From: Alphaproteobacteria bacterium
GTDB lineage: Bacteria > Pseudomonadota > Alphaproteobacteria > SP197
DNA length: 64,000 nt
Assembly: GCA_965228895.1 (NCBI GenBank)
Contig: OZ245842.1
Span: forward strand, 64,001 to 128,000
Reading direction: 5' to 3'
Below are positions 19,740-28,160 of the stretch, piece after piece. The first letter of the stretch is position 1, and the number at the start of each line of letters is the position of its first letter. Position numbers and translations under genes: made by a program. The notes below the pieces were generated by a model that searched no databases, was not told the DNA's origin, and was given only the letters and a program-made list of their open reading frames with translations.

Positions 19740-19846
19740 GATGTCGTGCCGGCATCACCGGCCCGCTCCCCCGCCCGGCCACCCATGGCAGCATCCTCGG
19801 GGTGGTCGGGAGGGGGAGCGGGCTGGCGCAGAACAATCAAGCGCAT
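19736..19846 (-). CDS. Putative 36-aa bridging mini-ORF containing a palindromic repeat (MRLIVLRQPAPPPDHPEDAAMGGRAGERAGDAGTTS)
   Basis: Its ATG overlaps the upstream TGA (TGATG) and its TGA overlaps the rluB ATG (ATGA). Confidence 0.35.
   Translation of the reverse strand: MRLIVLRQPAPPPDHPEDAAMGGRAGERAGDAGTTS
19758..19826. repeat. GC-rich palindromic repeat family A, copy 1
   Basis: CCGGCCCGCTCCCCCGCCCGGCCACCC - 15 nt - GGGTGGTCGGGAGGGGGAGCGGGCTGG; near-identical copies at 24891 and 28018. Confidence 0.9.
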
Positions 19847-20577
19847 CAAACCTTGCAGGCGTCGACGAAGGCGGCGAAGAGTTTCCGGTCGCCGTCGCTG
19901 ATCATGTACTCGGGGTGCCACTGCACGCCCAAACAGAAGCGGTAACGCGGGTCCTCGATGCCTTCGATGACGCCGTCTTCGGCGACCGCGTCGACGACGA
20001 CGCCGTCGGGCACAGTGTCGGCCGCCTGATGGTGGGCGCTGTTGACCGGCAGTTCGTCGGCCTCGACGATTTTGTGTAAGAGGCTGCCGGCCGTCACCTT
20101 GACCGTATGGCCGGCTTCCGTGCGCGGGTTGGGCTGTTCATGCGCCAGGGCATCCGGGATCGCGTCGGGGATATGCTGGATCAGCGTGCCGCCCAGAACC
20201 ACATGCAACAATTGCTGGCCGCCGCAGATGCCGAACACCGGCATGTCGCGTTTCAGCGCGCCTTCGGTCGCCGCCCACTCGAACTCGGTGCGCCGGTCTT
20301 TGGTGACCACGGTGTCATGACGTTCGCCGGCGCCGAACAGACTGGGGTCGACGTCGAACGCGCCGCCGGTGACGATCAACCCGTCAAGCCCATCCAGATA
20401 AGCCTCGGCCTCGCCGACCTCGTGGCTCAGCGCGACCGGCAGGCCGCCGGCGTCGACCACCGAACCCATGTAGTTCTCGCGGATCGCATACCACGGCATG
20501 TTGGAATAGCCGCCGGGATCCTCCGAATCGAGCGTCAGCCCGATGATCGGCCGGCGATGCTGCTTGGCTGTTGTCAT
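19846..20577 (-). CDS. Gamma-glutamyl-gamma-aminobutyrate hydrolase family (peptidase C26, PuuD-like)
   Basis: GICGGQQ nucleophile elbow, VNSAHHQA, GVQWHPE. Confidence 0.9.
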   Translation of the reverse strand: MTTAKQHRRPIIGLTLDSEDPGGYSNMPWYAIRENYMGSVVDAGGLPVALSHEVGEAEAYLDGLDGLIVTGGAFDVDPSLFGAGERHDTVVTKDRRTEFEWAATEGALKRDMPVFGICGGQQLLHVVLGGTLIQHIPDAIPDALAHEQPNPRTEAGHTVKVTAGSLLHKIVEADELPVNSAHHQAADTVPDGVVVDAVAEDGVIEGIEDPRYRFCLGVQWHPEYMISDGDRKLFAAFVDACKV

Positions 20578-20626
20578 GGCCAAGGATGTAGCGACCGCAG
20601 GCCGGCCATGCAACATTTGCCGGATT

Positions 20627-21085
20627 ATGGCGGATACCAGTGGTTTCATGGAACGCGCGTTTGCCGAGGCCGAAGCGGCGGCCGCGCGTGGCGAGGTGCC
20701 GGTCGGCGCGGTGATCGTGCAGGACGGGCGGGTGCTCGCCGCCGCCGGCAACCGCACGGAGGAAACAAACGATCCGACCGCGCACGCCGAGCTGATCGCC
20801 ATCCGCGAGGCCTGCGCCGCCATGGGCGCGCCACGCCTGCCCGACGCCGACCTCTACGTGACGCTGGAACCGTGCGCCATGTGCGCCCAGGCCATCGCCT
20901 TCGCCCGCCTGCGCCGGCTCTATTACGGCGCGGCGGACCCGAAGGGCGGCGGCGTCGCCCACGGCGCCCGCGTCTTCAGCCACCCGACCTGCCACCACAA
21001 ACCGGAGATCTACGACGGCATCGACGGCGAGCGCGCGGCGTCGTTGTTGAAACGGTTCTTTGAGGGGCTCAGGGAGCGGAATTAG
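20627..21085 (+). CDS. tadA: tRNA adenosine(34) deaminase
   Basis: GEVPVGAV, DPTAHAE, TLEPCAMC, DPKGG. Confidence 0.9.
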   Translation: MADTSGFMERAFAEAEAAAARGEVPVGAVIVQDGRVLAAAGNRTEETNDPTAHAELIAIREACAAMGAPRLPDADLYVTLEPCAMCAQAIAFARLRRLYYGAADPKGGGVAHGARVFSHPTCHHKPEIYDGIDGERAASLLKRFFEGLRERN

Positions 21086-21100
21086 GCGCGGCTGCGCCTA
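21083..21100 (+). terminator. Short hairpin at the tadA stop
   Basis: TAGGCGC-GGCT-GCGCCTA; no U-tract. Confidence 0.3.
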
Positions 21101-21184
21101 CGTGCCTGCAACCCATTATAGATACACCTTCAGGGTACAGTCGTCTTGGTTTGAGTAAGGCAGCGCCTCATATAGAATTGGTGT

Positions 21185-22315
21185 ATGCAACGTTTACTTG
21201 CCATTGCCATCGCGTGCGCCTTCCTGGCGCTGCCAGTTCGTGCCGACTTCGACGATGGAGTCGATGCGCTTGACCGCGGCGACTACGAAACAGCCTTTAA
21301 TGAGTGGGCACCTCTGGCGGAGGAAGGCAACGTCGTCGCCCAATACAACATTGGCATATTGTACGCCGAAGGTCTGGGTATGCCACAAGACTACGACAAG
21401 GCCTTGATGTGGTTTCGCCGTGCCGCCGAGAGTGGCTACGCAAAGGCTCAACACGATCTCGGCGTCATGTATCGGGATGGCCTTGGTATCCCTGAGGACT
21501 ACGAAAACGCTGCGAAGTGGATTGGGCTCGCAGCTGATCAAGGGCACGTCCGCGCCTGGTACACTCTGGGTGTCCTCTATCGTGATGACGACGGCGTTGG
21601 GAATGACTCTCGAGCGGCTGAACGACTGTTCCGTCTTGCAGCAGAAGAAGGGTTTGCTGAGGCTCAAGTGGCGCTTGGTGCCCTGTATTCTGATGGTCTC
21701 GGCGTGCCACAGGACTATGAGCAAGCAATTCACTGGTTCAGTCTTGCCGCTGATCAGGACGATGCAATGGCCCAACACAATCTAGGTGTCCTGTACTATC
21801 GCGGTCAGGGCGTGCAGCAGAACGCGTCAGAAGCGGCAGAGTGGTTCGCTCTTGCCGCTGATCAGGGCCATGGTAAGGCCCAGTTCAACCTGGGTTTGCT
21901 CTTTCTGGATGGTGTCGGCGTTCCGAAGAACGTGGATCGCGCAATTGAGTTATGGCGCCAATCCGCCGCGCAGGAGATTGCCGTCGCCCAGTACAATCTG
22001 GCTGTTCTGTACGACTTAGGGGAAGAGACTCCGCCAGACTATGCTGAGGCTCTGCGTCTGTATCGGCTAGCTGCAGAGCAGGGCCTTGCCGAAGCCCAGT
22101 ACAATTTGGGCGTCATGTATGTCAGAGGGCACGGTGTTCCGAAAGACTATGTCGTTGCACTGATGTGGATTTCTCTCGCCGCCATGCAGGGCGATGCCGA
22201 TGGACGCAGTGCGAGTGAACAGCTGGCACAGCAGATGATGGCAGCAGAGGTCGAAGAAGCGGAGCGTCTTGTCGATGAGTGGCTAGCAGCGCACCCGGGC
22301 CTCGTCGCCCCGTGA
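21185..22315 (+). CDS. Secreted Sel1-like (SLR/TPR) repeat protein
   Basis: Signal peptide; many AQYNLG.LY..G.GV.QDY..A..W...AA.QG repeats. Confidence 0.92.
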   Translation: MQRLLAIAIACAFLALPVRADFDDGVDALDRGDYETAFNEWAPLAEEGNVVAQYNIGILYAEGLGMPQDYDKALMWFRRAAESGYAKAQHDLGVMYRDGLGIPEDYENAAKWIGLAADQGHVRAWYTLGVLYRDDDGVGNDSRAAERLFRLAAEEGFAEAQVALGALYSDGLGVPQDYEQAIHWFSLAADQDDAMAQHNLGVLYYRGQGVQQNASEAAEWFALAADQGHGKAQFNLGLLFLDGVGVPKNVDRAIELWRQSAAQEIAVAQYNLAVLYDLGEETPPDYAEALRLYRLAAEQGLAEAQYNLGVMYVRGHGVPKDYVVALMWISLAAMQGDADGRSASEQLAQQMMAAEVEEAERLVDEWLAAHPGLVAP

Positions 22316-22316
22316 T

Positions 22317-23513
22317 GTGATGTTGGGTTGCCGCTCGTTGCTCGGCCAGCCATTGGGCTTGCGCATCCTGTGGCAACCGCTACTGACGATTTTTGTTCTG
22401 TTTCTGGCAACGCCCGCACAAGCCGACAAGCAGGATGGTTTCGATGCCTTCTTTGACGGCGACTATGCGACGGCGTACGAGGAACTGCTGCCCCATGCCG
22501 AGGAGGGCGATGCCAAAGCACAGGCCATGATCGGCTATATGTTCCACATGCGTCACATCCTGCCGAGCTACGAGGGTCTTCTGATGACTGTCGTCCCGAC
22601 GGACTATGACGCTGCAGCGATGTGGTATCGCCGCGCGGCCGATCAAGGTCAGAGAGCCGCGCAGTTCTTCCTGGGAACGCTCTACCTCTGGGGCAATGGT
22701 GTTGCGCAGGACTATGGGGAGGCCGCGCGGCTGTTTCGTTTGTCCGCTGAACAGGATGTCCGCTGGGCCCAGCACGAACTAGGTGACATCTACGCAGGCG
22801 GATTGGGCGTTCCGCGCGATATCGACGAAGCCGTTTCCTGGTATCGCCTGGCAGCGGACCAGAACCATACGCCGTCACTGACTGCGTTGGGTTTGCTCTA
22901 TCTCGACGGTGACGGTGTCGCGATGGACGCATACTCCGCGTTCGACTTTTTGCATCGAGCAGCCGAGGCTGGCGACGAAGTTGCTCAGTATCGTCTGGGA
23001 CTCATACTCATGGAGGGTGAGGGCGCGTCGGCGGACCTGTCGGCCGCGGCCAACTGGTTCCTTGCCGCCGCCGAGCAGCGTCACCGTGACGCCATGTATC
23101 AACTCGGCCTTCTCTACTACGACGGGCGCGGTGTCGCGAAGGACCTCGCGGCAGCCGCAACGTGGTATTACGCTGCGATGCGGTCGGGCCACGAGGACGC
23201 AAAGGCGCGTTATGCCCGCATGCGCCTCGACGGCAAAGGCGTGTCGCTGAACTTCTGTGAAGCGAGGGACCTGAGTAGGAAACTCGCGAACCGTGACAAC
23301 GCGACCGCGCAGCTCAACATCGGTCTTGTCTATCTGCACGGTTGGTGCGTGCTGCCCAGCCTGACCGACGCCTACATGTGGCTAAGCCTTGCCGCCCAGC
23401 AGGGCGAAGAGGCAGCGCCCGACTGGCTCGGCCTCGCGATCGACATGATGACGCCTGAGCAAATCGACGAGGGCGAACGACTGGTGCAGAATTGGTTGAC
23501 CCGCTACGACTGA
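22317..23513 (+). CDS. Secreted Sel1-like repeat protein (tandem paralog; start uncertain)
   Basis: Signal peptide ending AQA; SLR repeats; same N- and C-terminal caps as the upstream gene. Confidence 0.9.
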   Translation: MMLGCRSLLGQPLGLRILWQPLLTIFVLFLATPAQADKQDGFDAFFDGDYATAYEELLPHAEEGDAKAQAMIGYMFHMRHILPSYEGLLMTVVPTDYDAAAMWYRRAADQGQRAAQFFLGTLYLWGNGVAQDYGEAARLFRLSAEQDVRWAQHELGDIYAGGLGVPRDIDEAVSWYRLAADQNHTPSLTALGLLYLDGDGVAMDAYSAFDFLHRAAEAGDEVAQYRLGLILMEGEGASADLSAAANWFLAAAEQRHRDAMYQLGLLYYDGRGVAKDLAAAATWYYAAMRSGHEDAKARYARMRLDGKGVSLNFCEARDLSRKLANRDNATAQLNIGLVYLHGWCVLPSLTDAYMWLSLAAQQGEEAAPDWLGLAIDMMTPEQIDEGERLVQNWLTRYD

Positions 23514-23528
23514 TAACGGATCTGGCAC

Positions 23529-23918
23529 TCAGGCCGTAATCCCCTCCAACAGCGGCGCTTCGGTGATGATGAAGAGGTGTTGGGCGCTGGTGTCGCGGAT
23601 CGAACCGACTTCGATGATGCGCACCTTGTGGGTGCCCATGTCGACCTCGCCGACGACGCGAATGGCAATGAAATCCGCCCGCATCTGGAAACACATACCG
23701 GTCGCCGCAAAGACCTTGCGGGCGGCGGCCGGGCCATGCTTCTTCTGCTCGGCCAGGACCTGGTGGGCGCTCGCTTCGTCCAAGCAGGCCGCGATCAACG
23801 TGTCGTGGTTTGGCATGCCGACATAGAGCGGCTCGAAGGTCGGTGTTTCCTGGGCGCTGGCCGATGAAAAGGCCGCGGAGAGGAAGAGCGCCGTCAGCGC
23901 GATGAGGACATATCGCAT
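23529..23918 (-). CDS. Hypothetical secreted protein
   Basis: AGGAGG RBS; signal peptide ending ASA; two Cys. Confidence 0.7.
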   Translation of the reverse strand: MRYVLIALTALFLSAAFSSASAQETPTFEPLYVGMPNHDTLIAACLDEASAHQVLAEQKKHGPAAARKVFAATGMCFQMRADFIAIRVVGEVDMGTHKVRIIEVGSIRDTSAQHLFIITEAPLLEGITA

Positions 23919-24011
23919 GGCTACCTCCTTTCGTCTGGCCCGTCAGCCGCCGTTTGCTCGCAGGGCCGGCGGGCGATGGTGCGCTGTGCAGCGCGAGAAC
24001 GCGGCGCGGCA

Positions 24012-24026
24012 TGCTGCAGTGCAGCA
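24012..24026. promoter_or_regulatory. PhaR-like operator palindrome
   Basis: TGCTGCA-G-TGCAGCA fits TGCRNYGCASMA; lies in a divergent intergenic region. Confidence 0.55.
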
Positions 24027-24181
24027 CCCATTCTTGGTCGTGGTGTCCCATTTGCTGAGCCAATGTTCAGCCCTGGGACAGATGGAAACCCGTGCGATAT
24101 CCATGGGGTGGAACGGCGCAAGTTTCGTGCCAGCATCCGCCGCTAACGTTTGTTAACCAAATCCGATCGGCGAGAGGAAAC

Positions 24182-24862
24182 ATGACGGTCTCTAATGGCA
24201 CGGCATCGACGGCGCCGCTGAGCGGCTATCCGGATTATGACGATGGCGGCAGCCTCGTCGCCGCCGCCGCGTTCCGCGATGCCATGGCGAGCCGGCGCAC
24301 GGTCCGCGACTTCGACAGCCGACCGGTGCCGTGCGCGGTAATCGAAACGTGCCTGGAGGCGGCCAACCGGGCGCCGTCGGGCGCCAACATGCGGCCATGG
24401 CATTTTGCCGTTGTCGGGGACGGCGCCATCAAGAAACGCATCCGCGTGGCCGCCGAGGATGAAGAAAAGGCGTTCTACAGCGGCCGCGCGCCCCGGGAAT
24501 GGCTCGACGCGCTGGCGCCGATCGGCACCGATTGGCGGAAACCGTTTCTTGAGACCGCGCCGTGGCTCATTGCGCTGTTCGGCGAGCGGCACGGTCTGTT
24601 GCCGGACGGGCGCAAGGTCAAACACTACTACGTGCCCGAGAGCGTGTGCCTCGCCGGTGGCTTCCTGCTCTGCGCGCTGCACCATGCCGGTCTTGCGACC
24701 TTGACCCACACGCCGAGCCCGATGGGTTTCCTGAACGAGATCCTGGAGCGCCCGGCGCACGAAAAACCCTATCTCCTGATCGTCACCGGCCACCCGGCTG
24801 CTGCCTGCCGTGTGCCGAAGCTGGAACGTCGCGGGCTCGATCAGACGAGCTCGTGGTTTTAG
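24182..24862 (+). CDS. Nitroreductase family protein, iodotyrosine deiodinase-like
   Basis: RRTVRDF, APSGAN..PWHF, AEDEEKAFY, KPFLETAP, YYVPESV, LTHTPSPM. Confidence 0.88.
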   Translation: MTVSNGTASTAPLSGYPDYDDGGSLVAAAAFRDAMASRRTVRDFDSRPVPCAVIETCLEAANRAPSGANMRPWHFAVVGDGAIKKRIRVAAEDEEKAFYSGRAPREWLDALAPIGTDWRKPFLETAPWLIALFGERHGLLPDGRKVKHYYVPESVCLAGGFLLCALHHAGLATLTHTPSPMGFLNEILERPAHEKPYLLIVTGHPAAACRVPKLERRGLDQTSSWF

Positions 24863-24890
24863 GTCATTACCTGCTCACGCGGAAGCGGCG

Positions 24891-24959
24891 CCGGCCCACT
24901 CCCCCTCCCGACCACCCCGAGGATGCTGCCATGGGTGGTCGGGAGGGGGAGTGGGCCGG
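24891..24959. repeat. GC-rich palindromic repeat family A, copy 2
   Basis: Perfect 27-bp stem (24891-24917/24933-24959) with a 15-nt loop; between convergent genes; opposite orientation to copies 1 and 3. Confidence 0.9.
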
Positions 24960-24982
24960 TGATGCCAGAAAAAAGGGACGCC

Positions 24983-25504
24983 CTAGCGCTCCCCATCCGG
25001 TTCGCCGTCGGTGTCGAGGAAAACGTAGATCGCGACGGCCAGGATGGTTGTATAGAACATGAAAGCGGCCTGCTGACCGTTCCACTGGCCCGCCTGCCAC
25101 ATGACGAACCATTCGCCGCCGATCGCCATGAAGCCGATCATCCATAGCCCGACGCCGAACAAGACGCCGATCGCGACAAACGCCTTGGCGCGTTGAAACC
25201 TGGCTTTGGGAGCCCTGAGTGACTTCGCCATCATCCAGGCGGCGATAAGGAAGGCGATGCTGGTGAGCGCTTCGAAGACCATGATGATCAGGTAAGCGAT
25301 GGTCTGGAGCGTCGGATCGGTGATCGCGCGCCAAAGCAGCGGCGAGTTGGGAAAGATCGAATCCATCGACAGCACATGCTGCACGAAGGCCCAGTTGCTG
25401 CCGTAGTCCGTGATGTTGCCGAGTACGGCGAGGAACGCCCATAGGCCGAGGCCTGCTATCAAAATGATCTTCGACAGGCGAATGGCGATGGCGTCAAAGG
25501 GCAT
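24983..25504 (-). CDS. DUF2165 family membrane protein
   Basis: GNITDYGSNWAFVQHVLSMD, WRAITDP, GGEWFVMWQ...WNGQQAAF. Confidence 0.9.
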   Translation of the reverse strand: MPFDAIAIRLSKIILIAGLGLWAFLAVLGNITDYGSNWAFVQHVLSMDSIFPNSPLLWRAITDPTLQTIAYLIIMVFEALTSIAFLIAAWMMAKSLRAPKARFQRAKAFVAIGVLFGVGLWMIGFMAIGGEWFVMWQAGQWNGQQAAFMFYTTILAVAIYVFLDTDGEPDGER

Positions 25505-25517
25505 AGCAGTCTCTCTC

Positions 25518-25657
25518 CTAGAGCAGATCCTGTTTTGATGGAATCGCTTCGCGATTCGGTCAAGGCAGGTGAATCTGCTCTACTCATAGATGGAGAGCGG
25601 ATTCACGTGGTTTGGTCGAACCGTCAACCGGTTCCTCCTAACCACGATCCGATCTAG
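25518..25657. repeat. Bipartite palindromic element family B (CTAGAGC...CTAG), copy 1
   Basis: Two hairpins, TAGAGCAGAT...ATCTGCTCTA and AGAGCGGAT...ATCCGATCT; homologous to 36775-36911. Confidence 0.85.
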
Positions 25658-25661
25658 TGGG

Positions 25662-26135
25662 TCAAAGCCAACGTCGGACGTTCCGACAATAGGCGTGGTA
25701 GGTCTCGCCGAACTTGCCCTCCAGATACCGTTCCTCGCGCCTTATGACGCCGACGTCGAGGATGATGACGAGCACCACCGTCAGGCCGACCAGCCATATG
25801 TTGTCGAGGGCGCAGGCCAGACCCAGGAACGCCAGACCGAAGGCGATGTAGATGGGATTGCGCGTTACGCCGTAGGGACCGTCGGTCACCAGCGCCGTCG
25901 ACGGTTTCCATGTCTCGACATGGGTCTCGGCGCGGCGGAAACGCACCAGCGAGGACGCCAACAGCGACACCGCCATGACGATCAGGACGCCGCCACCCAT
26001 GATCTGCATGGATGCCGGGATCAACGGCACCGGCCAGACCGCGTCGAGCGCAATACCGATCAGCGCCAACCCCAGGAACAGATAAGGCGGGCGCATGATA
26101 ACGCCGGGTATGTCGGTGGGGTCGTGATCGCTCAC
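25662..26135 (-). CDS. Isoprenylcysteine carboxylmethyltransferase family membrane protein
   Basis: LVTDGPYGVTRNPIY, REERYLEGKFG..Y..Y...VRRWL. Confidence 0.88.
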   Translation of the reverse strand: MSDHDPTDIPGVIMRPPYLFLGLALIGIALDAVWPVPLIPASMQIMGGGVLIVMAVSLLASSLVRFRRAETHVETWKPSTALVTDGPYGVTRNPIYIAFGLAFLGLACALDNIWLVGLTVVLVIILDVGVIRREERYLEGKFGETYHAYCRNVRRWL

Positions 26136-26208
26136 GGGCGCCTTCGTCCGTTCGTTATCCCGACAGGATATTGGTGCGACGCCATCGTGGCAAAAACCTA
26201 CCGTCAGG

Positions 26209-26715
26209 TCATTCACGCACCGGCGTTTTCGTCATGAAGACGACCGGCAGGTCGACGCCTGTGCTGGTCGCCATGACGTCCTCGAAGACGCTGCGATAGC
26301 CCAGCCGTTCATAGAACGGCACGGCATTGCGGTTGGCGCGGCAAGCGAAGTCGCGGAATCCGTGCGCGATAGCATCGGCCTCGGCGGCTTCGACCAGCAG
26401 GCGGCCCATACCCTGGCCGGTAAACTCGGGATCGACGAAGACCTTGCGGATGCGCGCCGTTTGGGGCTGGTCGGGCACGGTGCACCAGCCGGCGCTGCCG
26501 ACCAGACTGCCACCCGCGTCCTCGGCGACGATCAAATGGTTGTCGTGGAGTTCGTCGCGGTAGGCCGGCGACATGATCTCGTCAACATGGGCCTTGATCT
26601 GCTCTGGCGTGTTCGCGCCACCGCCGAGCGCGGCAAACGAGCGCGCCTGCATGGCGCGCACGGCATCGAAATCGTCCTCGACGATCGCCCGCAGCGTGAC
26701 ATCGGGGCGTGCCAT
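26209..26715 (-). CDS. GNAT family N-acetyltransferase
   Basis: VFVDPEFTGQGMG acetyl-CoA motif; AVPFYERLGY. Confidence 0.88.
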   Translation of the reverse strand: MARPDVTLRAIVEDDFDAVRAMQARSFAALGGGANTPEQIKAHVDEIMSPAYRDELHDNHLIVAEDAGGSLVGSAGWCTVPDQPQTARIRKVFVDPEFTGQGMGRLLVEAAEADAIAHGFRDFACRANRNAVPFYERLGYRSVFEDVMATSTGVDLPVVFMTKTPVRE

Positions 26716-26719
26716 TGCG

Positions 26720-27985
26720 TCAGACCGCGCGCCAGCCGATATCGCGGCGGCAAAACCCGCCCGGCCAGTCGATCAGGTCGACCGCCTGGTAGGCGCGTTT
26801 TTGGGCGTCGGCGATGGTGTCGCCCAGCGCCGTCACGCCCAGAACGCGGCCGCCACTGGCACGCCATTGATCGCCGTCGCGCTTGCTGCCGGCGTGGAAC
26901 ACCATCACGTCGTCGAGCGCGCCGGCAGCCTCCAAGCCGTTGATAGCGCTGCCCTTTTCGTAGTCTCCGGGGTAGCCGTTGGTGGCCATGACCACGCTCA
27001 GCGCGGCCTTGTCCCACCATCGGAGATCGACGTGGTGTAGCTCGGCTTCGGTCGCGGCAAGCAGCGCCGGCACGATGTCGGACTTCAGGCGCATCATCAG
27101 GACCTGACATTCGGGATCGCCGAATCGCACGTTGTATTCCAGGAGTTTCGGGCCGTCGGATGTCAGCATCAGGCCGCCATAGAGCACGCCCTGAAACGGC
27201 GTGCCGTCGGCGGCCATGGTCGTCAGCGTCGGCTGCACGAAACGCTCCATGACCTCCTCGTGCACGGCATCGGTCACGACGGGCGCCGGTGAATAAGCAC
27301 CCATGCCGCCGGTATTGGAGCCGGTGTCGCCGTCGCCTGCGCGCTTGTGGTCCTGGCTGGTCGCCAGCGGCACGACGTTCTCGCCGTCGGTCAGCACGTG
27401 GAAGCTTGCTTCCTCACCGTCCAGGAACTCTTCGATGACGACGCTGGCGCCGGCATCGCCGAAGATCTTCTCGTCGATCGCCGCCTCGACCGCCTCGATC
27501 GCCTCGGCCGTCGTCATCGCGACGGTCACGCCCTTGCCGGCGGCAAGCCCGTCGGCTTTGACGACAATCGGCGCACCGAGTTTTTCAATGTAGGAAGTGG
27601 CCGGTGCGGACTGATCGAAGCGCTGCCAGCGCGCGGTTGGCACGCCCGCGCGATCCAGCACGTCCTTGGTGAAGGCCTTGCTGCCTTCAAGCTGGGCCGC
27701 CGCGGCGCTGGGACCGAAACAGGCGATGCCCGCGTTCTGCAGCGCGTCGGCAACACCGGCGACAAGGGGTGCTTCAGGACCCGGCACGACCAGATCGATA
27801 CCGTTCTCGACCGCCCATCCTACGATGCCCGCTATGTCCTCGACGCCGACGGCGACCGGCGTGGCGAGCCGGGCGATCGCGTCGCTGCCGGGTGCGCAAA
27901 AGACCTGGTCGACCAAACTCGAATTGGCAATCGCCCAGCACAGCGCGTGTTCTCGCCCGCCGCCGCCCAACACCAGAACCTTCAT
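26720..27985 (-). CDS. purD: Phosphoribosylamine--glycine ligase
   Basis: MKVLVLGGGGREHA, QLEGSK, KADGLAAGKGV, NTGGMGAYSP, RFGDPE. Confidence 0.97.
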   Translation of the reverse strand: MKVLVLGGGGREHALCWAIANSSLVDQVFCAPGSDAIARLATPVAVGVEDIAGIVGWAVENGIDLVVPGPEAPLVAGVADALQNAGIACFGPSAAAAQLEGSKAFTKDVLDRAGVPTARWQRFDQSAPATSYIEKLGAPIVVKADGLAAGKGVTVAMTTAEAIEAVEAAIDEKIFGDAGASVVIEEFLDGEEASFHVLTDGENVVPLATSQDHKRAGDGDTGSNTGGMGAYSPAPVVTDAVHEEVMERFVQPTLTTMAADGTPFQGVLYGGLMLTSDGPKLLEYNVRFGDPECQVLMMRLKSDIVPALLAATEAELHHVDLRWWDKAALSVVMATNGYPGDYEKGSAINGLEAAGALDDVMVFHAGSKRDGDQWRASGGRVLGVTALGDTIADAQKRAYQAVDLIDWPGGFCRRDIGWRAV

Positions 27986-28017
27986 GTTTGCTCCTCTGTC
28001 GCTGTCGCCTGCCGTTG

Positions 28018-28086
28018 CCGGCCCGCTCCCCCTCCCGGCCACCCTTGGCAGCATCCTAGGGGTGGCCGGGAGGGGGAGCGGGCTGG
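28018..28086. repeat. GC-rich palindromic repeat family A, copy 3
   Basis: CCGGCCCGCTCCCCCTCCCGGCCACCC - 15 nt - GGGTGGCCGGGAGGGGGAGCGGGCTGG; in the divergent purD/xseA region. Confidence 0.9.
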
Positions 28087-28160
28087 TGCCGCACCAGGCA
28101 AACAAACCACCCCCAGCCCCGCTTGCTGGGTTGCGGCGGTCTTGTATCATGGCCGCCGCC

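Noticed and set aside
24143-24157. CTAA-N6-TTAAC as a CtrA box
   Set aside because: Spacing is 6, not 7, and one half-site mismatches
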